A DNA stretch of 64,000 nucleotides from Oscillospiraceae bacterium LBM23126 (GCA_047936785.1 CP176394.1); one strand, 5' to 3'; positions 27,049-36,273 are shown, numbered from the stretch's first letter. The notes: generated by a model not told the origin, from the sequence alone. Numbers and translations: made by a program.

Positions 27049-28859
27049 TGTTTGCCTCCGCCGCCGTTGCCGGAAGAAGGCGCCTGGCCTCCCTGCGGCG
27101 CCTGGCCGCCCTGAGGCTCGCCATCCTGCGGGGCGCCGTCGGGCCCGCCCATGTTCATGGCGTTTTCAAAACTGCTGGTGGAAGAAGCCCGCTTATAGGC
27201 GATCTTGTCGCCCTCTTTCAGGCCGCTTGTGATCTCGATATAATCATCATCGCTGATGCCCGTGACCACATCCACATATTGATAGCCTTCGGGCAGATCG
27301 GAAACTGCCGGCTGGCTTTTGTCCGTTTGGCTGCTGCTGTTGTCATCGGCGGTTTTTTTGTCGGCGGTTTTTTCTGTGGTCTGATCCGCCTTCACCAAAA
27401 CGCGGTTTCCGCGCGAAACGGCGGCCACGGGAACCGTGAGCACATTTTCTCGCTTTTCCACCAGAATTTTGGCATCCACATTCATGCCGGGCAAAAGGCC
27501 TTCCGTCTCGTCGATCTGAACGGTCACGGGATAGGTGGTCACGCCGTTTGTGGTGGTGCCTTGAATATTCACTTTGGTCACCTTGCCCTGATAGGTCTTG
27601 CCTTCCGCCGCGTCGGCGGTGATGGTGACATCCTGCCCCACGGCCACCTGGTTGATATCCAGTTCATCGATAGACATGGTCATGGTCAAATAAGAAAGGT
27701 CATAGATCGTGCAGAGAGTTTTGCCCGATTCCAAAGTATCCCCTGCCTTATAGGCTTTGTCGATGATGGTGCCCTTGATGGGGGAAGTGATGGTGTAAGA
27801 ATCCACGCGGTCCTGCTGGCTGTTGACGGAAAGCTCGGCGTTGCGCACGGCGTCGGAAGCGTTTTGGATCTCGTCGTCCAGCGTGTCGCTGCTCAGCACC
27901 AGCAGGGTCTGGTTTTTTGAAACGATGCTGCCTTCCGAAACATTCAGCCGGGCCACCTCGCCCGAAACCTTTGCGATCACGGTGCTTTCGCTTTTATAGG
28001 TGAATGAAGCGCTCTGGGCGCATGCCGCGCCGCCCACCGAAGCGGTGGCCAGCTGCGAATTGGAAAGGCCGCCCGGGTTATGCACCTCGATGGTCACATT
28101 TTTCACGATGCGGTTGCCCGAAAGAACGGAAGTGGCCGTGCTGATCTTGGTCACTGTGCCCGAAAGGGTTTCAAATGAACCATCCAGCGTGACGGAAGCG
28201 TTCTGGCCCGCATAAAAATTCTGGGCGTCATCCGATAAGAAAGGCAGGGTGATGCTCATGGTTCCGCTGTCGCGCAGGGTGGCGACGGTTTGGCCCGCCG
28301 AAACGGAATCGCCCACATCCACGGCAAGGCTGAGGACTGTGCCCGCGCCGGAAGCTTTGACATTCAGATCATTTTTGCTTTCCAGCTTTTTCTGATAGTT
28401 CCGCTGGGCCTGCGCCAAAGAAAGCCGCGCCGTTTCGATGCTGTTGGAAGCATCTGAACTGTCGATGACATAAAGAACGGTATCTTTTTCGATGATATCG
28501 CCCTCTTCGAAATTGGCCGAAACGATATCGCCCTCTAAAAGCGAGGTGATGGTGTAAGAATCCGCCGGGGCCAAAGAGCCGCTGCTGCTCAGCACGGAAG
28601 AAACGGTGCGGCGCTCTACGGCGGCGGTTTCATAATCGGCGGCGCCCGACGCGTTTTTGTTTTGATTCAAACGAGGGATGATCACCGCGGCCGCCACGGC
28701 GGCAATGGCCAGGGGGATGATCCATTTTTTGCGGCCTTTGAAACCGCGCTTCCTTTTCTTTTTCGGCGGGGCTTCAGGGGCAGCCTGCGCCGCCGTTTCC
28801 GCCGCCGTTTCCGCGGGGGCTTCGGCGGGCTGCAGAGGTTCCGATACTGTGTTTGCCAT
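27045..28859 (-). CDS. efflux transporter periplasmic adaptor (HlyD/MacA membrane-fusion family) with low-complexity tails
   Basis: Cytoplasmic KKKRKRGFKGRKK, single TM, coiled-coil/beta-barrel MFP core, Gly/Gln/Pro-rich C-terminus. Confidence 0.8.
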   Translation of the reverse strand: MANTVSEPLQPAEAPAETAAETAAQAAPEAPPKKKRKRGFKGRKKWIIPLAIAAVAAAVIIPRLNQNKNASGAADYETAAVERRTVSSVLSSSGSLAPADSYTITSLLEGDIVSANFEEGDIIEKDTVLYVIDSSDASNSIETARLSLAQAQRNYQKKLESKNDLNVKASGAGTVLSLAVDVGDSVSAGQTVATLRDSGTMSITLPFLSDDAQNFYAGQNASVTLDGSFETLSGTVTKISTATSVLSGNRIVKNVTIEVHNPGGLSNSQLATASVGGAACAQSASFTYKSESTVIAKVSGEVARLNVSEGSIVSKNQTLLVLSSDTLDDEIQNASDAVRNAELSVNSQQDRVDSYTITSPIKGTIIDKAYKAGDTLESGKTLCTIYDLSYLTMTMSIDELDINQVAVGQDVTITADAAEGKTYQGKVTKVNIQGTTTNGVTTYPVTVQIDETEGLLPGMNVDAKILVEKRENVLTVPVAAVSRGNRVLVKADQTTEKTADKKTADDNSSSQTDKSQPAVSDLPEGYQYVDVVTGISDDDYIEITSGLKEGDKIAYKRASSTSSFENAMNMGGPDGAPQDGEPQGGQAPQGGQAPSSGNGGGGKQ

Positions 28860-29237
28860 AAGGAAAATTCCATCCTTTCATGTAAAGCCGGCTTTGCCCT
28901 TCAAAGCAAAACCGTGCCGCGAACTTTTATAGGCAGGGGCAGCGCCCGGGCGGCAGGGAGGGCCGCAAAGCGATGCCGAAATGATCTGTAAACAGGAAAA
29001 ACCGAAACAGCCCCATCCGGGCGTGAAACAGCCGAAGCGGCAGCGATGCGGGGCCGGAACCGATGCCGCGGTTTGGGTGGCGCCTCCTTTCAGATAGGGT
29101 TTCACTCACATTCATACAAAGTATAGTTTAAAACGATGCTGTTGATGACCGGTGAACAAAGTGTAAATAAATAATGGAAAGCGCGGTAAAAAGCGACATT
29201 CTGGCCGAAAAAACATCTCGGCGCGCTGAAAAAACGG

Positions 29238-29280
29238 CGCAAAAAAACAGGCGGCGGCGTAAAAACCGCAGCCTGTTTGA
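29238..29280 (-). terminator. intrinsic terminator downstream of phosphodiester glycosidase gene
   Basis: aaacaggctgcgg...ccgccgcctgttt stem with T-run on minus strand. Confidence 0.5.
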
Positions 29281-29293
29281 AAGACGGATAAAA

Positions 29294-31039
29294 TTATGAA
29301 CGGGGATAGACCACAAAGGCATCGGGGATATGGCGCCCCTGCGTTTTGTTGGCGGCCGAAGGGCGGCTGATCTCGCGGCCGTTATAGACCATGATGCTGG
29401 AAGAACCGCCATCCAGATTGCAGGCCTGCACCGCGCCGTATTGAGAAAGGATCTGGGCGCATTCGCCGATGGTCGTGCCGATGGAATATCCCGGCGCGCG
29501 GCCATCCACCACCAGCAGATAAAGTGTGCCGTCTTTATTTTGGCCGATGGCGGAACGGGGCTGAACGCCCCAGCCGGCCGAACCGCTGACCACCTGTTCG
29601 CCGTCGATGATGAGGGCGGGCTTGAATTCCACCGCGTCGCGGAAATTGGAAAGATCGGAATATTGGCCGATGTTCAGGCGGTTTTTCTTATCTAAAGCAA
29701 TGGTTTTATAGCTTCCGCCAACGGCATCGCCGTTATAAGATTTCCCTTTCGAGATCACCACGCCGTGGGCCACGCCGCCGTTGCCGGAACCGTTGGGGTC
29801 ATAGAACCCGCTGGCGTTGATGGCCAGAAGGGCGTCGTTGTCGGATGCGATATCCGCGGCGCGATCGCCGGCGGAACCATAATCCGAAGCCAGCGCAAGC
29901 CCCACCTGTTCGGGGTCGCGCACAATGGCCAAACGGCCCACATAGCCTTCGCCCGTCACTTTGCAGATGATGATGCCGTTGCGGGTATCCAGCGCCAGAA
30001 CCTGATCGCCGCGGGTGGTTTCAATGGTGGTTCCGCCGTCTTTCAGCCCCGCTTTATCGATGACCAGATAACCGTCTTTATCCAGCGAAGATGATTGATG
30101 CTTGGCCAGATAGGCGGTCAGGGTTTTTTCGTTGATCTCGGGATAATATTTGGAAAAATGCTTTTCCAGCTTGCTCCACGGCGCGGAAAAGCCGCTGCCC
30201 AGATCGAAAAGATCTTTCAAAGAGCCCCAATCGCTGTGAAGCCCCTGCTGGCGCTCTTCCACCAGCTCGCGGTTGCCCACCACGGCGTTGATGACCGAAG
30301 GCGGGATGAACGCCGTGGCCAGCCATTGATGGGTCATGGTGCCCATGGCGGTTTCGATATAAATGGTGCGCCATTTTTCAATAAAGGGAATATTGGAAAA
30401 CACCGCCGTGCAGTAAAGCCCCGCCAAAAGCAGCATGGCCAGCATGAAATTGCGCAGCCGATGCTTCTTTTTGCCCGTGTTTTTGGCGCTTTTCGGGGCC
30501 TTTTCATAGGTTTTTTTAACGACTTTTTTGGTTTTTTTCACGGTTTTCTGCCGCGGGGCCTCTGCATAACCGCGGGCATAGGCTTCTTCCGGCGCTTCGT
30601 TTTCCCAAGCAAAAGCGTCGTTTTTTCGCAGGGCGGGCTGCGCCGGGCGTGGGGCTTCCGTTCTCACGGCAGTCTGCGCAGGGCGGGGAACATCCATCCT
30701 CACGGCGGTCTGCGCCGGGCGTGGGGCTTCCGTTCTCACGGCGGTTTGCGCCGGGCGGGGGGCTTCCGTTCTCACGGCGGTCTGCGCCGGGCGGGGAGAA
30801 GGAGAGTTCTGCCACAAAGCATCTTCTTTCTGCCAGACGGAATCCCAGTCGATCTCAAAATCATCGGCAGAGGAAGCCGGCGGTTCATCGGCAGGGGGAG
30901 AGGGCGGAACAACGGGTTCCTCCTCTTGTGCTGAGGATAATGTATCATCGAAAAAATCGGAAAGATCGGGGGCAAAATCATCCCAATCATCCGGCAGACT
31001 GGCGCGGGGGGAATCACTGCCGCTGCTCCAAAGCTTCAT
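29294..31039 (-). CDS. membrane-anchored phosphodiester glycosidase family protein (DUF2233/NAGPA-like) with repetitive cytoplasmic tail
   Basis: C-terminal ~250 aa match phosphodiester glycosidase pattern (LLAINASGF...GGSS); single TM FMLAMLLLAGLYCTAVF; N-terminal Pro-rich PRPAQTAVRTEA x5. Confidence 0.7.
   Translation of the reverse strand: MKLWSSGSDSPRASLPDDWDDFAPDLSDFFDDTLSSAQEEEPVVPPSPPADEPPASSADDFEIDWDSVWQKEDALWQNSPSPRPAQTAVRTEAPRPAQTAVRTEAPRPAQTAVRMDVPRPAQTAVRTEAPRPAQPALRKNDAFAWENEAPEEAYARGYAEAPRQKTVKKTKKVVKKTYEKAPKSAKNTGKKKHRLRNFMLAMLLLAGLYCTAVFSNIPFIEKWRTIYIETAMGTMTHQWLATAFIPPSVINAVVGNRELVEERQQGLHSDWGSLKDLFDLGSGFSAPWSKLEKHFSKYYPEINEKTLTAYLAKHQSSSLDKDGYLVIDKAGLKDGGTTIETTRGDQVLALDTRNGIIICKVTGEGYVGRLAIVRDPEQVGLALASDYGSAGDRAADIASDNDALLAINASGFYDPNGSGNGGVAHGVVISKGKSYNGDAVGGSYKTIALDKKNRLNIGQYSDLSNFRDAVEFKPALIIDGEQVVSGSAGWGVQPRSAIGQNKDGTLYLLVVDGRAPGYSIGTTIGECAQILSQYGAVQACNLDGGSSSIMVYNGREISRPSAANKTQGRHIPDAFVVYPRS
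30631..30790. repeat. 36-bp tandem repeat, ~4.4 copies, in-frame in phosphodiester glycosidase gene
   Basis: ctgcgccgggcgtggggcttccgttctcacggcggt units. Confidence 0.85.
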
Positions 31040-31242
31040 GAACAGTTCCTCCTTTCTGGTTTATTCTTGTTTTCTGCCCGAAGGCAGGAAGTCTTTTCCT
31101 CTCATTATAGCGAATCTCTGTGTTTCTGTCTGTATGGTTTTCGACGAAAAGTGACAGAAAACAGCAAAAAAAGTGAGCATTAACAACAATACCCTATCAA
31201 AAAATAATGAATAAAGTATGAAGAAAACACAGGGAATTCGCG

Positions 31243-31279
31243 GAAAAAAGAACTGCCTCGGAACATTTCCAAGGCAGTT
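31243..31279 (-). terminator. intrinsic terminator after flotillin gene
   Basis: aactgcct...aggcagtt stem, T-run on minus strand. Confidence 0.55.
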
Positions 31280-31288
31280 CAAAAGCGG

Positions 31289-32713
31289 TTACGCTTGTTC
31301 GCCGATGGAAGGGGAAGCGGGGGTTTGGGAAGCGGGCTGCTGGGGCAGGGCAGATTCCGCGGCTTTTTCTGTGCCGAGGAACTGGGGAAGGTTCATGCCG
31401 GCCATATCGAAAAGCTCGTTCATGGGCGGGATGGATTTCATCAGCCCGGAAACAAAGCCGGCGGTGGCGTTTTTGCCGTCTTTTGCTTCGCCGCCATCCC
31501 AAACGGTGACTTTGTCGATCTTTACATTCTTGATGGCATCCACCTGAATGCGGATCAGGTCTTCCATCTTATCGGCCAGCATCAGGCGCAGGGCGTCGTT
31601 GGCGTTGCCGCCGGCAGCCATGACCACTTCGCGCAGGCCGGAAGCCTGTTTGGTGAGCATTGCCTGCATGCCTTCGGCTTCCGCGCTCATGCGGGCCAAA
31701 ATAGCATCGGCTTCGCCGCGGGCTTTGCGGCGGATCTGCTCAGCTTCGGCTTCGGCTTCCAATTCTTTCTGGCGCTTCTGAATTTCGGTTTTAACGATGA
31801 TGTCGGCTTCCAGTGTGGCTTTTTCACGGGCAAAGCGGGCGGCTTCGGCCTGCTGCTCGGCGGCATAGGCTTCTTCCAGCGCTTTGGCCTGCTGGATCTT
31901 TTCGGCGGAAGTGGCGATTTTCAGCGCTTCGGCCTCTTTTTCGCGGCGGGCGGCGTTTGACATGGAAACTTCGATCTGGGCGGCGTTTTCACCCTGGATA
32001 GCCACCGAGTTGGCTTGAGAAACCTGCACGCGCTGATCGCGGTGGGCGTTGGCTTCGCCGATGGCGCCGTCGCGTTCTTTTTCGGCCACGCTCTTTTTGG
32101 CGTCGTTGATGGCTTTGGCGGCGGCTTCTTTGCCCAGCGCCGAAATATAACCGGATTCATCGCTGATATCGGTGACATTCACATTGATGAGGCGCAGGCC
32201 GATCTTTTTCAGCTCGCCTTCCACATTCCGCGAAACCGCTTCTAAAAACTTATCGCGGTCGGTGTTGATCTCTTCGATATCCATGGTGGCGATCACCAGA
32301 CGAAGCTGGCCGAAAATGATATCTTTGGCAAGTTCCTGGATCTCTTGCAGCTTTAAGCCAAGCAAACGCTCGGCGGCGTTCTGCATGACGCCCACTTCGA
32401 TAGAGATGCCCACCGTGAAGCGCGAGGGCACATTGATGCGGATATTCTGGCGGGAAAGCGCGTTTTCAAGATCTACCGAGATAGACAGCGGTGTCAGATC
32501 GAGAAATTCGCGGGCCTGGATGACGGGCCATACAAACGCGGCGCCGCCGTGGATGCATTTGGCCGAACGGGCTGTGCCGTCTTTGTTGTTGCCCACTTTG
32601 CCATAGATGACCATGATCTTATCGGAGGGGCACTTTTTATAGCGGGAAAGGATCAGAAGCAGCATGGAAAAGGCGATTAAAACGATGACACAGGTTAAAA
32701 TGATTCCTTCCAT
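31289..32713 (-). CDS. flotillin-like SPFH/band-7 protein (FloT/YqiK-like)
   Basis: N-terminal TM, SPFH domain, long Ala/Glu-rich coiled-coil (EA repeats), 474 aa. Confidence 0.85.
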   Translation of the reverse strand: MEGIILTCVIVLIAFSMLLLILSRYKKCPSDKIMVIYGKVGNNKDGTARSAKCIHGGAAFVWPVIQAREFLDLTPLSISVDLENALSRQNIRINVPSRFTVGISIEVGVMQNAAERLLGLKLQEIQELAKDIIFGQLRLVIATMDIEEINTDRDKFLEAVSRNVEGELKKIGLRLINVNVTDISDESGYISALGKEAAAKAINDAKKSVAEKERDGAIGEANAHRDQRVQVSQANSVAIQGENAAQIEVSMSNAARREKEAEALKIATSAEKIQQAKALEEAYAAEQQAEAARFAREKATLEADIIVKTEIQKRQKELEAEAEAEQIRRKARGEADAILARMSAEAEGMQAMLTKQASGLREVVMAAGGNANDALRLMLADKMEDLIRIQVDAIKNVKIDKVTVWDGGEAKDGKNATAGFVSGLMKSIPPMNELFDMAGMNLPQFLGTEKAAESALPQQPASQTPASPSIGEQA

Positions 32714-32785
32714 TTCATGACCTCAACTTTCTTCTTTTTGTTTTGATGTGATAAACCGCCAAAAAATTGACGGCGCAGGGGAAAT

Positions 32786-32887
32786 TTATTCATCGCCGTC
32801 GCGGCGCATGAACAGAAAAGCGATGATACAGACGGTGACCACCAGCAGCCCGACCCCAACGATCAAAGGCAAAAGGGCGATAGACAT
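32786..32887 (-). CDS. possible 33-aa hydrophobic membrane peptide between nfeD and flotillin genes
   Basis: MSIALLPLIVGVGLLVVTVCIIAFLFMRRDGDE; below ORF-track cutoff; no strong RBS assessed. Confidence 0.25.
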   Translation of the reverse strand: MSIALLPLIVGVGLLVVTVCIIAFLFMRRDGDE

Positions 32888-32951
32888 AACTTCCACTCAC
32901 TTTCTTTTTTTTTCGCGCCCAAACGGCGCTGTTCGGCGCTTTGGCAAAGCG

Positions 32952-33602
32952 CTATTTCCGGCGGACAACAAGCACATTCTCATCGGAAAGGGAAACAACC
33001 AACACTTCGCTTCCGGTGGGCAGGGGCTGGGGATCATCTGTCACGGCATCATATTCGCTCAGCCGTTCCTGAACGGTGACGGAAACTTTGCCGCGCCCCC
33101 GGCGCTTGGCGGGGATCGTGAGATAAACGCTGGCCGTGTGGCCCACGGCGTTGAATGACTGCACGCTGCCATCCGATTGAAGCTTCATGGCCCAGCGCAT
33201 GCACAGGGCGATCAGAACCATGGCGATCAGCCCCAAAAGCAGAGAGACAAACAGAGCCGCCGCCGCGGAAGCATTGCCGCGAAGCAGCGCCAGCCCCGAC
33301 CAGCCGAACACGGCGAAAAAAGCAACGATGCCGCGCACGGTGAAAATGCGCAGACCCGCATCGGGTTCAAAATGGCCGTCCGCATCGTCATCCGCATCGA
33401 AAAAGTGATCGGCGTGATCGATGGCGCCATCGTGGGTGCCATCGCAAAGCCCGCTGGTATCACTGTCGAGATCGCCATCGCCGTTATCGCCCAGCCCAAG
33501 CAGCAGCAAAACGGTTTGGATCACCAGCAGCAGGCTGGCAGGAATGGCCATGTAGGCAAAAATTCGTTCGAAAGCGGTCAGTGCTTCCCACCAGGCCGTC
33601 AT
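32952..33602 (-). CDS. NfeD-like membrane protein (YqiJ/YuaF-like flotillin partner)
   Basis: N-terminal TMs, acidic Asp/Gly linker, C-terminal OB-fold NfeD domain; immediately upstream of flotillin. Confidence 0.75.
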   Translation of the reverse strand: MTAWWEALTAFERIFAYMAIPASLLLVIQTVLLLLGLGDNGDGDLDSDTSGLCDGTHDGAIDHADHFFDADDDADGHFEPDAGLRIFTVRGIVAFFAVFGWSGLALLRGNASAAAALFVSLLLGLIAMVLIALCMRWAMKLQSDGSVQSFNAVGHTASVYLTIPAKRRGRGKVSVTVQERLSEYDAVTDDPQPLPTGSEVLVVSLSDENVLVVRRK

Positions 33603-33646
33603 AGAAATTCCCCCTTTAAATAAAGTATATGAAAGAATGATAAAAC

Positions 33647-34207
33647 TCAGGCATCCAGCCCGCCGATGAGCAGTTCGGCTTCCTGTTTCAGGCGGCCCGC
33701 CGCCCAGGCAAAGCCCACGATCTCAAGCACGCGCAGGATACGGTCGCGGGCGCCGGGCCAGGGCTCTTCATAACCCGCCATCACGCGGCGGCAGGTTTCG
33801 GCCAGCTGGGCCTGGTTGAGGCAGCGGTCATGCTCGATGGCGGCGGTCAGTTCGGTGACATAGAAATAAAGCTGGCTGTCATCGATGAGATCATCGCTTT
33901 CATCATCAAGGTGGCCGTTTAAGTAGGAAAGCAGCCCGCAGATCTTTTCAAGCTGAAGACAGTCGCGCAGCATATTGATGAGCAGGATGCGGCAAAGCTG
34001 GCGGCAGGAATAACGCTTTTTGACGGGCGGCGAAAGAAAGCCGCGTTTGACCCAGTTTTGAATGGTGTGCGGTTCCAGCCCGGTGAGGTGGGAAACCTGA
34101 GAAAGAACAAGGCCGCCGGTGAGAAACATGGGCTGCAGCAGAGATTGCGCCGCATCTTTTTGGTCGATATCCACTTCTACCGTTGTGCCGGGAAGAATAC
34201 GAATCAT
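33647..34207 (-). CDS. DUF1836-like protein with MerR-type helix-turn-helix
   Basis: Start at MIRILPG (AAGGGGG RBS); VSHLTGLEPHTIQNWVKRGFLSPP HTH-like segment; upstream in-frame extension to 34411 rejected. Confidence 0.55.
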   Translation of the reverse strand: MIRILPGTTVEVDIDQKDAAQSLLQPMFLTGGLVLSQVSHLTGLEPHTIQNWVKRGFLSPPVKKRYSCRQLCRILLINMLRDCLQLEKICGLLSYLNGHLDDESDDLIDDSQLYFYVTELTAAIEHDRCLNQAQLAETCRRVMAGYEEPWPGARDRILRVLEIVGFAWAAGRLKQEAELLIGGLDA

Positions 34208-34235
34208 GGAAAAGCCCCCTTTTATGAGAGAAGTA

Positions 34236-34262
34236 TAACATATAGTCAAGTGACTGTCAACA
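34236..34262 (-). promoter_or_regulatory. promoter P1 of DUF1836 gene: TTGACA-17-TATACT with embedded TGACaGTCA palindrome
   Basis: minus-strand reading ttgacagtcacttgactatatgttatact ~30 nt before ATG. Confidence 0.5.
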
Positions 34263-34423
34263 ACGGTTGGATGATGAAAAAGAATGGAGAACGGATCATG
34301 CCGAAAAGTGAGTGGGATTTTTCGGCATATCGCGGCGGATGAAAGCGAAAGAAAAGGGAGCTTGGAAAAAGGGGGCAGGCGCTGAAAAACAATTGCCGGA
34401 AAATAAAGCATTCATGAATGTGG

Positions 34424-34460
34424 ATACAATATATCATATGGTCAAGTGACTGTCAATAGA
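34424..34460 (-). promoter_or_regulatory. promoter P2, near-identical duplicate of P1 (TTGACA-17-TATATT)
   Basis: minus-strand reading ttgacagtcacttgaccatatgatatatt ~195 bp upstream of P1. Confidence 0.45.
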
Positions 34461-34524
34461 GATTACAAGAACTTATAAAAATATTTTAAGAGGGTCAAGC
34501 GTTCTCTGCACCAAGGGCGAAACC

Positions 34525-34565
34525 GAAAAAAGGGCGCAAAAAAGCGGAGGCCGCAGCCTCCGCTT
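34525..34565 (-). terminator. intrinsic terminator after degV
   Basis: gcggaggc-cgca-gcctccgc stem, T-run on minus strand. Confidence 0.65.
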
Positions 34566-34576
34566 TGGGGGATCTT

Positions 34577-35440
34577 TTATTCTTCGGGGATGCAGCTGAT
34601 GCCGCCGCCCACCAGGCCGGGGCCCACATGCACGGCAAGCGTGCAATCGATCTCGCCCCGCTGATGAAAGCGGGCGCCCGCGATCACATCGGATAACAGC
34701 GATTCCAAAACCGCCAGATCTTCGGGGGCTTCGCTGTGAACGGTGAGAACATTATAAGCGCCCGAAGCGGGAACATGGGCGCGGATGCGGTTTGCCACTT
34801 CCTGGATCGAAGCGGCGCGGCCGCGCACTTTGCCCGAGCTGATGAGGCGGCCGTCTTCTGAAAAGGTGATGATGGGCTTGATTTGAAGCATGCCGCCCGC
34901 CACAGCCGTGACAAGGCCGATGCGCCCGCCTTTTTTTAAATATTCAAGGGTATCAAGGGTAAAAATACCGCAGGTGTTGGCGATCAGCGGAGGAACAAGG
35001 CGCTGAAGCTCTTCCCAGCTTTTGCCTTCTTCGATCCAGCGGGCGGCCTGCAGCACCATCATGCCCTCGGGCATACTGCCGCTGAGGGTATCATAAATGG
35101 CCACATCCAGCCCGTTATCGGCGTGGCCCGCCAGCCGAACGATATTATAAGTGCCGCTCAGACCCGAAGAAAAGCAGAGCGCCAGCACTTTATCATAACC
35201 ATCGCGCCGAATTTGAGAAAAAGTTCTCAGCACAGTGTCGCCATCGGGCAGTGAGGTGGTGGGCAGCTGGCCCGGCATTTTCTCATAGATCTCGCGGGGG
35301 GTGATATCCACCCCGTCGGAATATTCATGGTCGGGATAAATGATTTTTAATGGAAGCGAATAAATGCCCTTTTCCCGCAGCAGCGCCGGCGGAATATCCG
35401 CGCAGGAATCGGTGAGCAGGGCGATTTTTTGGCTGTTCAA
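34577..35440 (-). CDS. DegV family fatty-acid-binding protein (FakB-like)
   Basis: MNSQKIALLTDSCADIP N-terminus and overall DegV fold pattern. Confidence 0.85.
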   Translation of the reverse strand: MNSQKIALLTDSCADIPPALLREKGIYSLPLKIIYPDHEYSDGVDITPREIYEKMPGQLPTTSLPDGDTVLRTFSQIRRDGYDKVLALCFSSGLSGTYNIVRLAGHADNGLDVAIYDTLSGSMPEGMMVLQAARWIEEGKSWEELQRLVPPLIANTCGIFTLDTLEYLKKGGRIGLVTAVAGGMLQIKPIITFSEDGRLISSGKVRGRAASIQEVANRIRAHVPASGAYNVLTVHSEAPEDLAVLESLLSDVIAGARFHQRGEIDCTLAVHVGPGLVGGGISCIPEE

Positions 35441-35474
35441 TAGAAAATACGCACCTTTCTGAAAGCGGTAAACA

Positions 35475-35521
35475 TTGACGAAAGAAAAAGCATTCGCTAT
35501 AATGACATAACAATGTTATGT
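35475..35521 (+). promoter_or_regulatory. sigma-A promoter TTGACG-17-TATAAT followed by perfect 17-bp palindrome ACATAACAaTGTTATGT (likely TetR operator)
   Basis: cattgacgaaagaaaaagcattcgctataatgacataacaatgttatgt directly upstream of TetR gene. Confidence 0.6.
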
Positions 35522-35576
35522 GAGTATTATAACGAAGAGCGCTCAGAATGTCAACGGGAAGTGGGGGAGCATATCC

Positions 35577-36227
35577 ATGGATTATGCCCAGCAAAGAAAG
35601 ACCAAAGCGATGGAAACGGAAGAAAAACTGTTGAAGACAGCCCAGAAACTGATGCAGCAGAGGGGCTATGATGAAGTTTCCATCCGCGATATCTGCAACG
35701 CCGCCGGCGTGACCACCGGCGCGTTTTATCACCATTTCCACAGCAAGGAAGATATGCTCAAGCATGGCGGCGAGCAGCTGGATCTTTATATCAAACAGCA
35801 GATCGAGCAGCACCCCCAGCAGACGGGGCTGGAATATTTGCAGCTGATCTTCGGCGCTTACGCCGCATATATGGAACAAAACCAGGGCGAACTGACCGCG
35901 CGCTATTATCAGAATATGCTGGAATGGAGCCGCATCCATCCCTATAACGAAAAGCGGTATATCTATCAGATGGTCAACCATTTTGTGGGCTGCGCCATAG
36001 AAGAGCAGATGCTCACCAAGCGTTATTCGCCCGAAATCATCACCCGTTATTCCATCCGCCATTTCCGCGGCATCGTGATCGATTGGGCTTTCCATAACTA
36101 TGGCTTTTCTTTGACCGAGGCGATGGAAGAAGAATTTTTGCTGACTTATCTGTTGTTCCGCGGGCGCGTTCGCCCCTGCAACAGCAAACGGCCCGAAAAA
36201 GAACCCGGTGACAGGATTCCCATTTAA
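35577..36227 (+). CDS. TetR/AcrR family transcriptional regulator
   Basis: N-terminal HTH LLKTAQKLMQQRGYDEVSIRDICNAAGVTTGAFYHHF. Confidence 0.85.
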   Translation: MDYAQQRKTKAMETEEKLLKTAQKLMQQRGYDEVSIRDICNAAGVTTGAFYHHFHSKEDMLKHGGEQLDLYIKQQIEQHPQQTGLEYLQLIFGAYAAYMEQNQGELTARYYQNMLEWSRIHPYNEKRYIYQMVNHFVGCAIEEQMLTKRYSPEIITRYSIRHFRGIVIDWAFHNYGFSLTEAMEEEFLLTYLLFRGRVRPCNSKRPEKEPGDRIPI

Positions 36228-36273
36228 GCGGGTTTTCAGACAGAAACCATGGCGGTCATCGCCGAAAACTCAA

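Noticed and set aside
33647-34411. Extended 254-aa version of the DUF1836 ORF
   Set aside because: The N-terminal 68 codons run through the promoter P1 element and have no RBS. A good RBS (AAGGGGG) precedes MIRILPG at 34207.
34262-34430. 39-codon ORF (MNALFSGNCFSAPAPFF...) between the two DUF1836 promoter copies
   Set aside because: Low-complexity translation and no RBS. More likely leader RNA containing a hairpin than a coding gene.
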